A stretch of DNA of 64,000 nucleotides from Felis catus (taxonomy: Eukaryota): assembly GCF_018350175.1 (NCBI RefSeq), contig NC_058386.1, positions 10,726,001-10,790,000 on the forward strand. Direction: 5' to 3'. Numbering within the stretch: the stretch's first letter is position 1; each line of letters opens with the position of its first letter. Below the pieces are notes generated by a model. The model was not told where the DNA came from. It was given only the letters and a program-made list of their open reading frames with translations, and did no database searches. A program made the translations under genes and the position numbers. Of this stretch, positions 38,026-50,924 are shown one piece after another.

Positions 38026-39184
38026 TCCTCCAGGGTCCAATCCCGGATCCCACATGGCAATTAGTTGTTGTCATGTCTCCTGAGTCTCCCCTGTGACAGT
38101 CTCTGTCCTTGCTTGTTTTTCCTAACTCTGAGGGTTTTGAAAAGCGCTAGTCAGGCATTTTGTAGACTGTCTCTCAGTTTGGGTTTATGTGATGTGTTTC
38201 TCATGATGAGACTGGGGTTACGGGTTTTGAGACTACTGTAGAGGTGGAGTGCCCCTTCTCGTCACATCAGATCCCATCAGGTAGCACAAGGTACCACAGA
38301 ACTTATTACTGGTGATGTTAACTTTTGAGCGCTAGGAGACAGTGAACTGAAAGTTGTACTTTTTCCCTTTCTATCCTCTGTCACGGGTTTAGCCCCCACT
38401 CAGTGGGGAAGGGAGAGTATGGGCCACCTCTTGGAAGGGGCAGTATCTACAGATCTTTGAAATTCTTCTGCAAGGAAGGCTTGTCCCTTCTCATTTATTA
38501 TTCGCTCACTTATCAGTATGGACTCGTGTGTCCTTCTTTTCTCCGTGGCTTACAATCCGATACTATGTTATATATCTGTGCTCAAATTGTTCCAGTTTGC
38601 CCACGGGGAGCTCCTTCAGATCGGCTCCCATGTCCCTTGGACATGCCCCAATCCTTCCCTGCCCCCATCCCAGTATATTCACTTTTGATGTAAAATGTGG
38701 TTTTCTGCCTCACCCATCCACTGAAACTGCTCTAAGGTCTTTTAGATTACAACGGTCTCTAGATGGTGAGGCCAAAGTCTACTCTTACCAGACCTTTCTG
38801 TGACAATGCTCTTCATCTCTTTCTTTCAAAGTGCATTTGATTTTCCAAAAACTTGCTATGGCATGTTCAAACACAGACCACGCTAGAGAAAAGAGCATAC
38901 TCAACCTCCGTGTACCCATCTCCCAGCTTCAATGGTTCTCAATGTTGTGTTCATCTTGTTTCATGGGTCCCCTCTCCTGCGCTCTGCCGCTGGAACCCTT
39001 CAGAAGGAATCCCAGGCATCCCACGAATTCAGCTGTAAAGAGTACAGTGTCTTTAACAGGTCAGAACTTTAAACAAACAAACAAAACAAAACCAAACATA
39101 AGCACAGAACTATTACACCTAACAAAATAAACAATTCTCTAATATCCTCTAGCAGTTCATATTCAAATTTCCCAAGTTTTTAAA

Positions 39185-39384
39185 AAAGTTTTTTTAATGT
39201 TTATTTATTTTTGAAAAGCAGAGTCCGAGTGCGGGGGGGGGGGGGCAGAGAGAGAGGGAGACACAGAATCCCCAGGTTCTGAGCTGTCGGCATGGAGCCC
39301 GACGTGGGGCTCGAACCCACGAACCGTGAGAACATGACCTGAGCCCGAAGTCAGTTGCTTAACTGACTGAGCCACCCAGGCGTC
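39185..39384 (-). mobile_element. CAN-SINE
   Basis: Reverse SINE body. Confidence 0.88.
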
Positions 39385-39399
39385 TCAGTCTGTATTTTT

Positions 39400-39665
39400 G
39401 ATGTAGACCCTCTCCACTGACTGGCAGGATGTCACTGGATGCCCTGTGAGCTCTTCACACTCTGTCCCAAATGGAATTAGTTCTTCATCCCAAACTGCCT
39501 CATTGTTTTCTTTACCTCAGTGACTAGAACCGCCATCCAAGGCAGAAACCCGAGCCATCCCAGACTTTTCCTCACCTGCCCCCAAGTCGCTGAGCCGCAG
39601 AACTTTCTACCCTCAATATCTCAAGCGTGTCCCCTTTTCTTCCAGCTGCCACAGCCTCAGTTCTA
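39400..39665. mobile_element. L2 relic
   Basis: caaggcagaaacccgagccatcccagac...ttctaccctcaatatctc. Confidence 0.55.
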
Positions 39666-40477
39666 AAATTCAAAGAGCACAAGTGCACCATCCAGGGTCA
39701 CACATTCTCAAGCAGAGCCGGGACTGGAAGCTAACCCCGTGCTCCAGCATGGAATAAGCTGGAATCTTGCTGAGGGCCGTCGGCGGCTCCAGATTCTTTG
39801 CTGTGCTCCGGATATATCGTGCTTTACCCATATTGCGAATACGGTTGTAGAGGCCGACTTCCGCAGGGTGAAGCGGCCCAGAGTGGGGAGCTGGGCAGTC
39901 AGAATATTCGGGTTTCGCACCCACATCCGCCACTGAGAGCGGACTTGGTGAAGGTGGTTAATTTCTCTGTGCTGTTTCCCCGCGTCCACGACAGGAATGC
40001 TATTCCTTCACTCTTCCGAAATCCCCGAAGCCTCGGAAACTGGCAGGCGTGCGTGGGTTTTAAATAATGTTTGGCAGCTCGACCCGAGCTGACTGTAAGG
40101 ATTTGATGCCGAAGGCCGATCTGAACGGACCTGAGGGTATTTATGGTCTCTACTTCTCCCACCAAGAATACTACTGACAACTGTGAAGAGAGGCTGCTGG
40201 CCTGGCCCGCTGGGACAAGTTCTATGTGACATGTTGTACTTTGCCAAAGTACAGCAATGTCTGTGTTCTGCGACACACCTGATGGAAGGGTGTTGGAAAA
40301 CAGGCCGGGCAGCTGAAACGGCTACTTCACGGGTCTGTCACATAGGTTAATTGCTACAGAAATGAGCATTCGTAGAGCAGTTAGAAAAGCGCGTGCCCGG
40401 AGTAAGCCCTGTAGAAGCGTTTGATAAACGCTTCACGTAATGGCTAACCCTATGAATGAAGTGAAAGATTAACTCTT

Positions 40478-40694
40478 TTAATTTTTTTTTAACAACTATT
40501 CACATTTGAGAGACAGAGAGAGACAGAGCGCAAGCGGGGGAGGGGCAGAGAGAGAGGAAAACACAGAATGTGAAGCAGGCTCCAGGTTCCGAGCTGTCAG
40601 CACAGACCCCGACACAGGGCTTGAACCCACGAACCGGGAGATCATGACCTGAGCCGAAGTCGGACACTTAACCGACTGAGCCACCCAGGCGCCC
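40478..40694 (-). mobile_element. CAN-SINE
   Basis: TSD tgaaagattaactc / tgaaagataagcta. Confidence 0.9.
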
Positions 40695-42144
40695 TGAAAG
40701 ATAAGCTATTTTATGTCAGAAGAGAGTTTGAGGAATTCGGGGGCTTCCGTCAAAGCGGGGTTCCTACCATGGCTCTTCTGTTGGAAAGAAATTAAGTATC
40801 AGAGAGACTGAAAAACGCCTTTTGAATGGCAGTCCTGTCCTCACCGTGCTCAGAACCAACCAGTTTTGAAACTGGTGTGGATCACGTCCACGAAGGCTTC
40901 TTGGTTTTAGTACATACATGTGCCTCCAGAGTACGTAGGTTTTTTAGAACCAAGGATGATCCAGCCCCGAATGTCAACAGTGTGGAGGCTGAGAAGCCCG
41001 GCCCTTCCCCTCTTGTCCCCACTCTTCCTCCCCTTCTTCCTCCCCCTCCCTTCCTTCCCCTGGCCTGCCGGCTCTTGCAGGGCCTACAGTGCACGAGGGG
41101 CAGTTACCGTCACCGCACACCAAACTTTGCTGAGCAGACCTGCCAACAGATCGTGGGTCCCTCCCAGACCCCAACAAGGCAAAGTGTCCATTGGAAGAGC
41201 CGCTGGGGAGCCCTCTCTCCGCATTTGAGAGGTTTCACACCCGGGACTTCCTGGGGCACTCGCAGTTTTTGAAGGCAGGGAATACACGTCGACGCTTCCC
41301 GAGCATTTAGCGTGTGGCCTGCACTCTGTTGGACAGGCACGAACTCCAACGTGGTCTTCGCACGGACCCGGGGGGGGGGGAGGTGGGCATCACCGATACT
41401 CATGCGTGTGACAAAGTGACTCGCCCGCACCGGCGGCAGCGGTCACAAAACCAGCTGGGCCCGGCCCGCCCCGCGGCTCCTCTGGGGGAAGCCATCGAGA
41501 CCTTTGCAGAGAGAACAGTTCACTCCCCGAGAGCTAAGCTGCTCCATTCCAGGCTCGCTTTGTATTTGTGCCCGAGCCACACTTCCTGTCTCTTTAGGAT
41601 TTGAAATTTTAGTCATGTGCCACCTCAGGGGAAGTTAATTCTGATTTTTGTCGGCGGGACCCAAGCACAAATCACAACTCCAGAAATACAAGGAGAGCCT
41701 GGAAAAATAGGCAGCTGGGCTGAGGAAAGTAACGCACTGCTCTCAGCGCAGGGGCTGAACCGTGGAGCTGAGTGTTCTTCGGGACAGACCTGTCGATACT
41801 AAATCTTTTCCCCCAACCTCTGATGGATGTGCTCATCTTCTCAGGTCAACATGGGCTCACCCAGGCAACGCGCTGTAATAACTTATTGAAAAGGCAGCTG
41901 GCGTTTATAAACAGACTGTTCCATCAATTTTTAGATTTTCGTCCTCAGAAATGTATTCTCTTCTCAAAGCAGTATTTGCTATACGTAGTAAGAGCTCAAT
42001 GACACCTCTTCTGCAACACAGGATCTGCAGAGGTGAGCAGGTTTGGGGATTATTGTTCTTTGCTGTCAATTCTGGGTGACATTCAAGCTCTGTAGAGATG
42101 ACGAGATAACCAGAGGTCAAAGAGGTATTCTCATTCCATTAGAG

Positions 42145-42362
42145 CAGGGGTCGCCAAACTACCGGCCACAGGCCAAATCTGGCCCGAGGCCCGTTTTTAT
42201 AAATGAGGTTTTATTGGAACACACCTACACCCATTTGTTTACTTACCATCTATAGCTGCTCTCATGCTGCAAGGGCACAACCGAGTAGTTGCCAAGCAGT
42301 GGCCTGCAAAGCCGGAAGCGTTAACTCTCTGGTCCTTTACGGAGCACGCCCGCTGACCTCCA
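42145..42362. mobile_element. MER58A-like MITE
   Basis: caggggtcgccaaactaccggccacaggccaaatctggccc...ttttattggaacac. Confidence 0.85.
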
Positions 42363-42590
42363 CGTTGGCCAGAAGCGCGATCTGTCCCGCTGGATCATTT
42401 TCAGTGGGGGCTAACGGGAGCTCGAGCAGGGGAGGACGTCTGACCCATTTAAGGCATCTGTGTTGAAGTTCAGTTGGGTTAAGGAGAGAAGGACAGAAGA
42501 AAATAGAAAAAGGCAAAAAAAAAAAAAAAAAAAACAAAACCCCAACCAAACCAAAAACCAAAAAACACTAGGCAGTGGCAAAAAGAGAAC

Positions 42591-42596
42591 TTTAAT
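42591..42596 (-). terminator. GEMIN8 poly(A) signal ATTAAA
   Basis: About 245 nt after the stop codon, followed about 25 nt later by a strong GU/U-rich downstream element (GTGTTTTTTGGTTTTTGGTTTGG... on the minus strand, 42568-42516). Confidence 0.7.
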
Positions 42597-42779
42597 GAAC
42601 CGAATATTAACCTCAAAACCAAGTATAATCTACATGAAATCATCACTTTAGGCCAAAAGAAAATCTTTCATGTTGGCGACAGTATCCGTCTCGCCGACTT
42701 CAAGCTGCCGACGTGTTACCCCTGTGGTGGGCCCCCTGGGACTTTGGTGAACATGCCTTTTTCTCGGGCTGAGAGACAT

Positions 42780-43338
42780 TTCCCTGAGAAGATGCGCGGG
42801 AGGGGAAGGGGGTGATGGCTGGGCACACTGCGCCCCGGGCTCAGAACTTGAGCGGAATGACCGGCCAGTATTTGGGCTGCTTCCTGTCACAGTGCTTGTC
42901 GAAGCTCAGCTGCACGGCGGCCTCCATGGCCTGGATCTTGGCGGCGCTGTCCCCGTACAGGCGCTTCATCTCGGCCTGGCGCCGCTCGCCGGGCCTCTCG
43001 GAGGGGGGCTCCACCGAGCGCCGGGTGCCGTAGTACAGGCCGTGGTCGGCGTTCACGTAGTCGTCCAGGCGCTGGGCGTCCAGCTGCTGCTGCCGCCCTG
43101 AGAAGGAAGGGACACGGGGGACCGGGGTGAGCTCGGGGACGCCCCGCGGCCTGCGCCCGCCGAGCCGTCCATAGGCCGAGGCGGCGCCCGCACACCGTCA
43201 CCCCCGTGGTTAGGGGAACGCATCGGTCCCTCGCCTGCTCGCCCGGGAGGCAGATGCTGCCGGAAACGGCAAAAAGCCGCCGGGAAACATGTCACCCGAC
43301 ACCATCAAACCTCTGCACGGAGCCCGGAAGATCCAGCG

Positions 43339-43340
<2 letters not shown>
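42780..43340. other. Intragenic CpG-rich island over the last GEMIN8 exon
   Basis: Dense CpG in the exon and in the adjoining about 240 bp of intron. Confidence 0.7.
42841..43097 (-). CDS. GEMIN8: GEMIN8 last coding exon (257 nt to TGA)
   Basis: Acceptor CCTTCCTTCTCAG|GG, phase 1, compatible with the previous exon. Translates [85 protein letters not shown], the conserved Gemin8 C-terminus. Confidence 0.97.
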
Positions 43341-43342
<2 letters not shown>

Positions 43343-43375
<33 letters not shown>

Positions 43376-43384
43376 TCTCTCTCT
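43343..43384. repeat. (CT)n microsatellite with one interruption
   Basis: Direct reading. Confidence 0.95.
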
Positions 43385-43869
43385 ATCACGTTCGTGGCCT
43401 GCCCACATCCCGGCCAGCTAGGACCGGCTGGTGCAGCTCGCCTGGTTTCCCACTCCCCCAGGCCAGCAGGGAAGTGAAGTGCTTTCTGGCAAGTCCAGGG
43501 CTGCAAGAAGTAGTACTTCCGCCCACAAAGGAGGCGCTGGGGGAAAAAGTACGGATTTTAGGCAAACCGCAAAAGAGCAAGTGCTGGTAACCACAGAATC
43601 GCAGCGACAATCCGCGATCCTTCACACCCGTCCGAAGCACAGGGCACACCAGGCAATGAAGTCAAACGACTCAGCGCTTGCTCGAGGCAACCGGGCCAAT
43701 CAAGGGCAATTCTGCCAACGGAAGGGAGACCAGACGTCTAATCTTCCTGCTGTATTCACAGATGTGCAACAGCGCGGGGACCGCCTCGGTATGGGATTTG
43801 ACTTTCCACTTCACAGGCTAGTTTAGGCTAAATTTCAAGTGATAAAGGGATCTGCTTTTAACCCTACTG

Positions 43870-44122
43870 ATTCTTTCTTTTCTTTCTCTCTCTCTCCCTC
43901 CCACCTCTCCTACCTTCCTTTAAGACCAAGAGTGCGCTCGCAACAAGAGAGTATGAGTTGGGAGTGGGGAAGGCAGAGAGAGAGGGAGAGAGAATCCCAA
44001 GCAGGCTCTGCATGGACAGTGCAGAGCAGGATGCGGGACTCGAACTCATGAACCATGAGACCATGACCTGAGCGGAAATCAGGAGCCAGATGTTTCACTG
44101 ACTGTGCCACCCAGGTGCCCCT
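43870..44122 (-). mobile_element. CAN-SINE (GEMIN8 last intron)
   Basis: Reverse SINE body with a degenerate tail. Confidence 0.82.
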
Positions 44123-44651
44123 GGTCCTACTAATTTAACTGGATCCTTGTAAAGTAAGAAATTAAATTATACTCTCCCCTCTATTTTTACTAAAATGAGT
44201 CCTAATATCAGAACTGTTATTCTTATGTAAACAGAAATAATAAAAACACATCAATGAAACAATGATGCATATGGTAACATTTGGCCCACCGACACATTTT
44301 TGTAAGCAACTGTCGAGAACAGAGAAACAGACAGTAGAAGGCACCCATCTGTAGCTACTACTGCTACCAAGACAAATGCTACTGAATAAGGAGTGAAGAT
44401 AGTTGTAGGGGATAAATGATATAAATCATTCTTTCCTTGTTTAAAAAAAAAAAGTAGCAGAATAAAACCTTAGTATATAGGAGGGAACCCAAAAGTGAGC
44501 AGCAAGATATATCTGTGGCTAGGCAGTCACACTCCTAAGCCCGTTCTTCATAAACATCACCCTGGAGCTGGGGAGAAGGAGTTCTGGAAACTTGGAAACA
44601 CCATAAAATGCAGACAGTCACTTCTGACGTAGCACATCTGTGGTTTCTTTC

Positions 44652-44864
44652 TTTTTTTTTTTTTAAACGTTTATTTATTTTTGAGACAGAGACACAGCAT
44701 GAACAGGGGAGGGGCAGAGAGAGAGGTAGACACAGAATCTGAAATGGGCTCCAGGCTCTGAGCTGTCAGCACAGAGCCCGACGTGGGGCTCGAACTCACA
44801 GACCATGAGATCACGACCTGAGCTGAAGTCGGACACTTAACCGACTGAGCCACCCAGGCGCCCC
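44652..44864 (-). mobile_element. CAN-SINE
   Basis: TSD tctgtggtttctttctt / tctgcggtttatttctt. Confidence 0.92.
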
Positions 44865-45457
44865 TCTGCGGTTTATTTCTTATACGAGGAGGTAATCTAC
44901 GCAGATGCCAGATGACCCTCAAGGAAGTAAATGCAATGTAAGTAACTGTTACCTTATCCACAGAAAAGAGATGCCATTGTCTTACTGTGAAGTGCAGAAC
45001 TAAACCGAAATATTGGCGTAATGTGCACATGAGTGGGAGGTCAGTAAGCATTTGCTTCTCAGTTTTGGTCTTTCTGTCAAGTCTGAAACATTCGGATGTA
45101 AGCGTTCAGCTCTCACGGGTGTTTAGTCCTGCCCTCCAAGGACTGCGCTTCTGAACGTGTGGCATTTCCACATTAGCCAAGGACAACAGATTCCCTCTGC
45201 TACCTATGGGAGCCTTGGGTGAGTTACCAATCCTTGAGCTTGTTTCGTTGTAGGCCCAGAGCAAACAATCCCGTGGGGGCGGGGGGGGGGGGTGCTGTGG
45301 GGGCCCCAGAGCCTGTGCATCTAGAGGACAGAGATTCCCAGGCCACAGTCCTTTTACTTTCCGATTTGTCCCAGGACTGTAATCAGCTTTCCTGACAGAT
45401 CTAGTGACACAACAGATGTTCAACTTCCTGTCTAAATCAGAGTCTTTGCGTTTAGAA

Positions 45458-45871
45458 TTTTTTTAAATGTTTTTATTTATGTTTGAGAGGGAGAGGGCAC
45501 AAGTGAGGGAGGGGCAGAGACAGAGGATCTGAAGCGGGCTTTGCACTGACAGCACGGAGCCCAACGTGGGGCTCAAACTCATGAACCGTGAGATCATGAC
45601 CTGAGCTGAAGTTGGATGCTTAACCGAGCCACCCAGGTGCCCCACATTTATAAGTTTTTTTTTTTTTTTAGAGTTTACTTATTTTTGAGAGGGAGAGACA
45701 GCATGCGAGTGGGGGAGGGGCAGAGAGAGGAGGAGACACACAATCCAAAGCAGGCTGCAGGCTCTGAGCTGTCAGCAGAGAGCCCGATGTGGGGCTCGAA
45801 CCCACAAACCATGAGATCACGACCTGAGCCGAAGTCGGAGGCTCAACCGACTGAGCCACCCAGGCACCCCC
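45458..45871 (-). mobile_element. Two tandem CAN-SINEs
   Basis: Reverse bodies at 45458-45643 and 45655-45871. Confidence 0.9.
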
Positions 45872-47329
45872 CGCATTTAATCAACATTTAATCATTTAAT
45901 TAACACCAGGATCCTCGCTCTCTTAGCAAGCGTTGCTCTCTGCCGCTAGGACATGTGAATTTCACCTTCCTACTTTTGCATCTTTCTCTTTTCCTTACAA
46001 CTGAACGTGGTTCCAATTATGGTCCTTTGTGCTTCTCTTCTGACCAAAACTATCTTACAGATAGTAAATCAGTAGAATTCTACATCGAGATGTTTTCTCT
46101 TATCGTTGACATCTGTAGATGAAACACTGTTAATCCGAACTGACCGCAGCCACCAAATCAACATAGCCAGTGCAACTTCCCCAGTTCACACTTGGCATGT
46201 GCTCATGGGTCACCATCACAGGGTTTCAGTTAATGAAGCTCATACAGTGTAAAAGAACAAAAAGCACAGCCATTCTCAATTCTCTACGTGTACCTCTTTC
46301 CCGTTCAGGTTTCCTTATGAAAATTTGAGGCTCAGGCCTTGTCGCCTCTCTGCCTCACAAGAGGCTCAGAGCTTTCCCGGTTTCCGGCATGGCGGGCAGT
46401 TGCCCTACAACATAGACCCAAGGGGTGGGAAGCCTGTCCCCTCCACTGACCGGCTAGTGCCAAAACCTGCCCGTGGGAGTCGCGTCTGGGGAAAGGACAC
46501 TGTCGCCTTCACACACATCCCCATTCCTAGCCCCGGGAGGACACAACGCCTGACACAAGGTAGGTGCTCAGGAAATGACTGCTGAGAGAAAGCCTGGACA
46601 TAGGCCATACAGTATTTTTTGTTAACAGCTATTTCTTCCAGATTCTGTTAAAGAAAAATGATGACAACCCAGGGACAGAGAAACGGATGCTCAAATCTCA
46701 GCTGGACAGAGCCCCTCTCCCAGAGGTTCCTCAGAGTCTCCATGGCAGAGGCGGGGGGAGACAGGGGCACCAATGACTTGGGGTCTGATCTTGTTCCTTT
46801 ACATCTGAGTCCCTGTGCCTCTACCTAAATGATTACAAAAAAAAAAAAAAAGTCCTAAGTCTAGACTACCAATGTAAAAATCAGTCCGCTTAAAACCAAA
46901 TGCACCGAGAGGGGCCAGACACTGGAAGCCCCAGCTAGCATCTGCAAGTACTTTAGTGTTCACGGACTTCGGGGGCCGAGCAAACCTTAGAATGGAATAT
47001 ACGCGTCTGAAGGCATCGCTCATTCTGTTTTTATTTATTGCTTCCTTCCTCCCTATGAAAGAAAGGATTCTCAGTCACTAGCAGTTTTTCTTCCTGTCAA
47101 AACAAGGTGAGGGCTCAACCAGATGGAGAATCATCTGATGGAAGCAGAACATCACACTTCAGACATAACTGAACAGGTGCCTTGTCGTGGAGAAGTTAGT
47201 CGTTTTTTTCCTAGAAACAGCTGTGAGACTGCATGTTACCCAGTACTTTCTCCTTATAGGCTGTTCAGCCATGGGAATTTGTTTGAATAGAAATCAGAGT
47301 ATCTGTCTAGATTCCAGCTTTAAAACAGG

Positions 47330-47750
47330 GTTATAGTGGGCTAAACAGCATCCCCTCCAAATTCACACCTACAAGGAACCTGAGAATATGACCTTCTTTG
47401 GAAATAGGGTCTTTGCAGATATAATTGAGGCTCAAGATGGGATCGTACTGGATTAGCGCGGACCCTAAACCCAATGAAAGTGTCCTTATGAGAGACAGAA
47501 AAGGACACACAGAGACATGGGGGGAAACCATGTAAACATGGAGGTAGTTGAACTATGCTCCCACAAGCCAGTGAATGCCAGGAGCTACCAGAGCTGGAAG
47601 AAGCAAAGTCCCAGAAACTTCTGGAGGGAGTGTGGTTCTGCTAACGCCTTGGTTTCAGACTTCTAGCTTCCAGAACTGTGAGAATAAATTTCTGTTGCTT
47701 TAAGCCACCCAATGTATGGTAACTGGTTACAGCAGTCCCAGTAAACGAAT
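47330..47750. mobile_element. MaLR solo LTR (MLT1B/C-like)
   Basis: ggaaatagggtctttgcagatataatt...ttccagaactgtgagaataaatttctgttgctttaagccaccca. Confidence 0.88.
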
Positions 47751-50377
47751 ATCATGGTTAATACACACAGAGGGTTCAAACAAGAAAAACGGTAACATCC
47801 TGTTAAGGAGAAACGCTACTGGATCCCATCTGGGTTCAGGATATCAATCTGTAAATTCGCATGATGTAAATTCGTCCCTCTCAATCTGTAAATTCGCATG
47901 AGGTTAGCCAATGTGGACTTAGTCTACAAAGGAAAACAAAATCATGAGAAGGGAGTTAGATTTTAGAAGACCGGACACAGGAAAACATCCATTCAGTATT
48001 CCACAGATAATTAGCCCAAAGGCAGAACATTTTGGAGGACAAAGCACTAAGACGAGTGTGGGAGAATGTTATTTTTCCTCAGTTTTCTGGGATAAGCAAG
48101 GCTTTCTGGTTGTACTCTCTGCTATGCTGCCAGAATTAATGATTTTAGCACAAGTGCACGAAAGCACAGACTTGATTTATGTCATGAATGACTCATTTCT
48201 GGCTTGTCAGCAACACGCCCGGAACACAGGTGCTTGCCAGCAGACCTGGAGCCGTTTCTGATGGGTCTGCACCCTCGCCTCACATCCCTCTCTCCATGAC
48301 AAATGAAGTCAGTGAATGATTACCATTTTCACTTTTAGGATAAAAGTGCATTTCCGTCCCTCCCTTCTACTTTTCTGCGGTACGGTGCTCAGTCGGTGTG
48401 GTTCCACACTTTAATCTCATCCACTAAAGCACAGCAGCTCGCTAAATCCTGGGCTGTACGTTTCGCCATACGCTCCCGGTTTTCCACAGAAGGGTCGACT
48501 GAGGGCGATCGGGATGGGGTTCCAGCTGACTGAAGGCTCGGGACGAAAACTGGCGTCTGAACCTTCCAGCTTCGGTGGACCCAACACGGAGCAGAGGTCT
48601 CCCGGCAGGTGTCTAAAAGCACCTGGCCCTGTGGTCAGAAGAGCACCTGGAGTGCTAAGAGGGGAGTGGATGTACCCCCCTTTCTTCCTCTCACCATCCC
48701 AGCTGACCCCATCCCTCAAAGCCTAGAGCACGCTCTATTTTCCACCACTTCCCCCGAAGCTTCTCCTCTGACAGCTGACTTCACTGGCTCTACCCCATCA
48801 CTGCCAAAGTGCCTGCGGACCACACACAGACAGCTCTTCTAGGAATCAGTTTTAGTTTGATTTCGTCTCCTCTTCTCAACTGAGTGTAAGCTCCTTCTGA
48901 ACGTGTCTCGGTTTTGACCCAGCAGCTACCCAGAAAACACAGGGGATAAGAGCTGGTAGGCTCAAGCCCGACACAACAGGGGCCGTACGGCGTTTGTGTC
49001 AGAGGGCCGTCTCCCCACCCTGGGAATAACATTCCCGCATTCTCCTTCTAAGTATTAGGACTATAGCCTTGCAGTCTCAATTGGTAGTTATTTATGACTT
49101 CAACGGGATACTTTTCTTAACCTAACAATAAGCATTTTTTTCCTAAGAAATAATTGGAAACACAGCTGACCTTCCAAACTCCACAACTGTCTACTTTCCC
49201 ATAAGCATTGTTATCATTGAAGTTTTGAATAACGGAAGTATCTCGTTAGGAAATGACATCTAACAATCAAAAGTATGTCTGTTCCCACTGCACAGTTCTT
49301 TATTTATCCTAATTTTTTGGTTACCATTAAAATATGTTAGAGATTATGTGGAAGAGCAGTCATCACAAACAAGAACATGCTCTCCAGTACGAAGGATTTT
49401 ATTCTAAGAAAATATTAAATAAGACTCAGATGACGATGATGAATGATAGAACATACATGTTCTCGTGGAGGTGAATACTACTGAAAAACAAAGTCTTTCA
49501 AGTTTACCTATGCTTTTTCCTGCTAGTGCTATTTCATAAAATTCTGTTCTCTCTAGATGATCCATATTCAAAGCTGAATTAGCCTTTATTGAACGAGTAG
49601 CTTCTAGTGGTTCAAAAGAGCAAAGCAAAACAACTGTAACCAAGCATTCACACTACTCAGGTCCCTAATCACTGTTAAAACACATCCCAACCGTGTATGT
49701 AACTAAACTTCCACGAACATTTCTAGTGGAGGGAGGTAATGGGTTGGAAAGCACTGTGGGCATTGACATTACTTACATCTGAATTCAATCCTTTGTTACT
49801 GCTTGAAGGAACACGTGTTCATCCTACACGCCACCAGAAGCGCTGGCGAAAAGACTCAGGCCCGATACTTGCGCTGGTGCAGGGTCGGGCCCCGGCAGCT
49901 TCTAAATCTTTAGCAGTCAGATTAGACTCTGACACTGCAGCGTGTTCCCGCCCATGCCAGACAATCTCCAGGTCTTCCGAAGACCTGATAATATCTTCAG
50001 GGCACCCCGGAGGGCATAAAAGCATGGCAGAGACGCTATGGCAAGTAGTTTTCAATCATGCTACAGCTAAAAAAGCACAAAGCAGCAGCTCCGTGTGTTC
50101 AGCGTTGTTATTAGTAATACGGAAGTGCATTCCTTTTTCCTCGTATTTTACTATATAGTAAGTTACATCAAGCAAAAATGTCCTTGAAATGCACTAAAAG
50201 TTGTATTAATGCCTACTTTGATGAAAACGGTATGAACGACTAGACTGGACAGACATCAAGACTTGAATTCTTTTGCTTTTTAAATATTCTAAACCAATTT
50301 AAGAATTTTGAAAAGTGCAGGGTAGAAATATGACTTTTGAAGCCACAAAACATCTTTTATTAAAAATATGCAGAATT

Positions 50378-50835
50378 GGGCGCCTGGGTGGCGCAGTCGG
50401 TTAAGCGTCCGACTTCAGCCAGGTCACGATCTCGCGGTCCGTGAGTTCGAGCCCCGCGTCGGGCTCTGGGCTGATGGCTCAGAGCCTGGAGCCTGTTTCC
50501 GATTCTGTGTCTCCCTCTCTCTCTGTCCCTCCCCCGTTCATGCTCTGTCTCTCTCTGTCCCAAAAATAAATAAACGTTGAAAAAAAAAAAAAAAAAAATG
50601 CAGAATCTTGGGGCACCTGGGTGGCTCAGTCGGTTAAGCGGCCGACTTCAGCTCAGGTCATGATCTCATGGTTCGTGGGTTCGAGCCCTGCATCAGGCTC
50701 TGTGCTGACAGCTCAGAGCCTGGAACCTGCTTTGGATTCTGTGTTTCCCTCTCTCTCTGCCCATGCCCAGCTCACACTCTGTCTCTGTCTCTCTCAGAAA
50801 TAAAATAAAAAACGTTAAAAAAATTTTTTTTTAAA
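50378..50835 (+). mobile_element. Two tandem SINEC_Fc copies (young plus older)
   Basis: Elements at 50378-50598 (near consensus) and 50610-50832; the target motif TGCAGAAT appears three times. Confidence 0.95.
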
Positions 50836-50924
50836 AATGTGCAGAATCTCAATCAAGCACTAATCAACACAGAGAGCATCACAGTAAAATCACTATATGG
50901 TTAAAGATCCACATTCAAGGATGA

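Larger units (their letters stand above)
37550..38645 (-). mobile_element. L1MC/ME 3' fragment
   Basis: ggcattttgtagactgtctctcagtttgggtt...gagtgccccttctcgtcacatc motifs. Confidence 0.7.
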
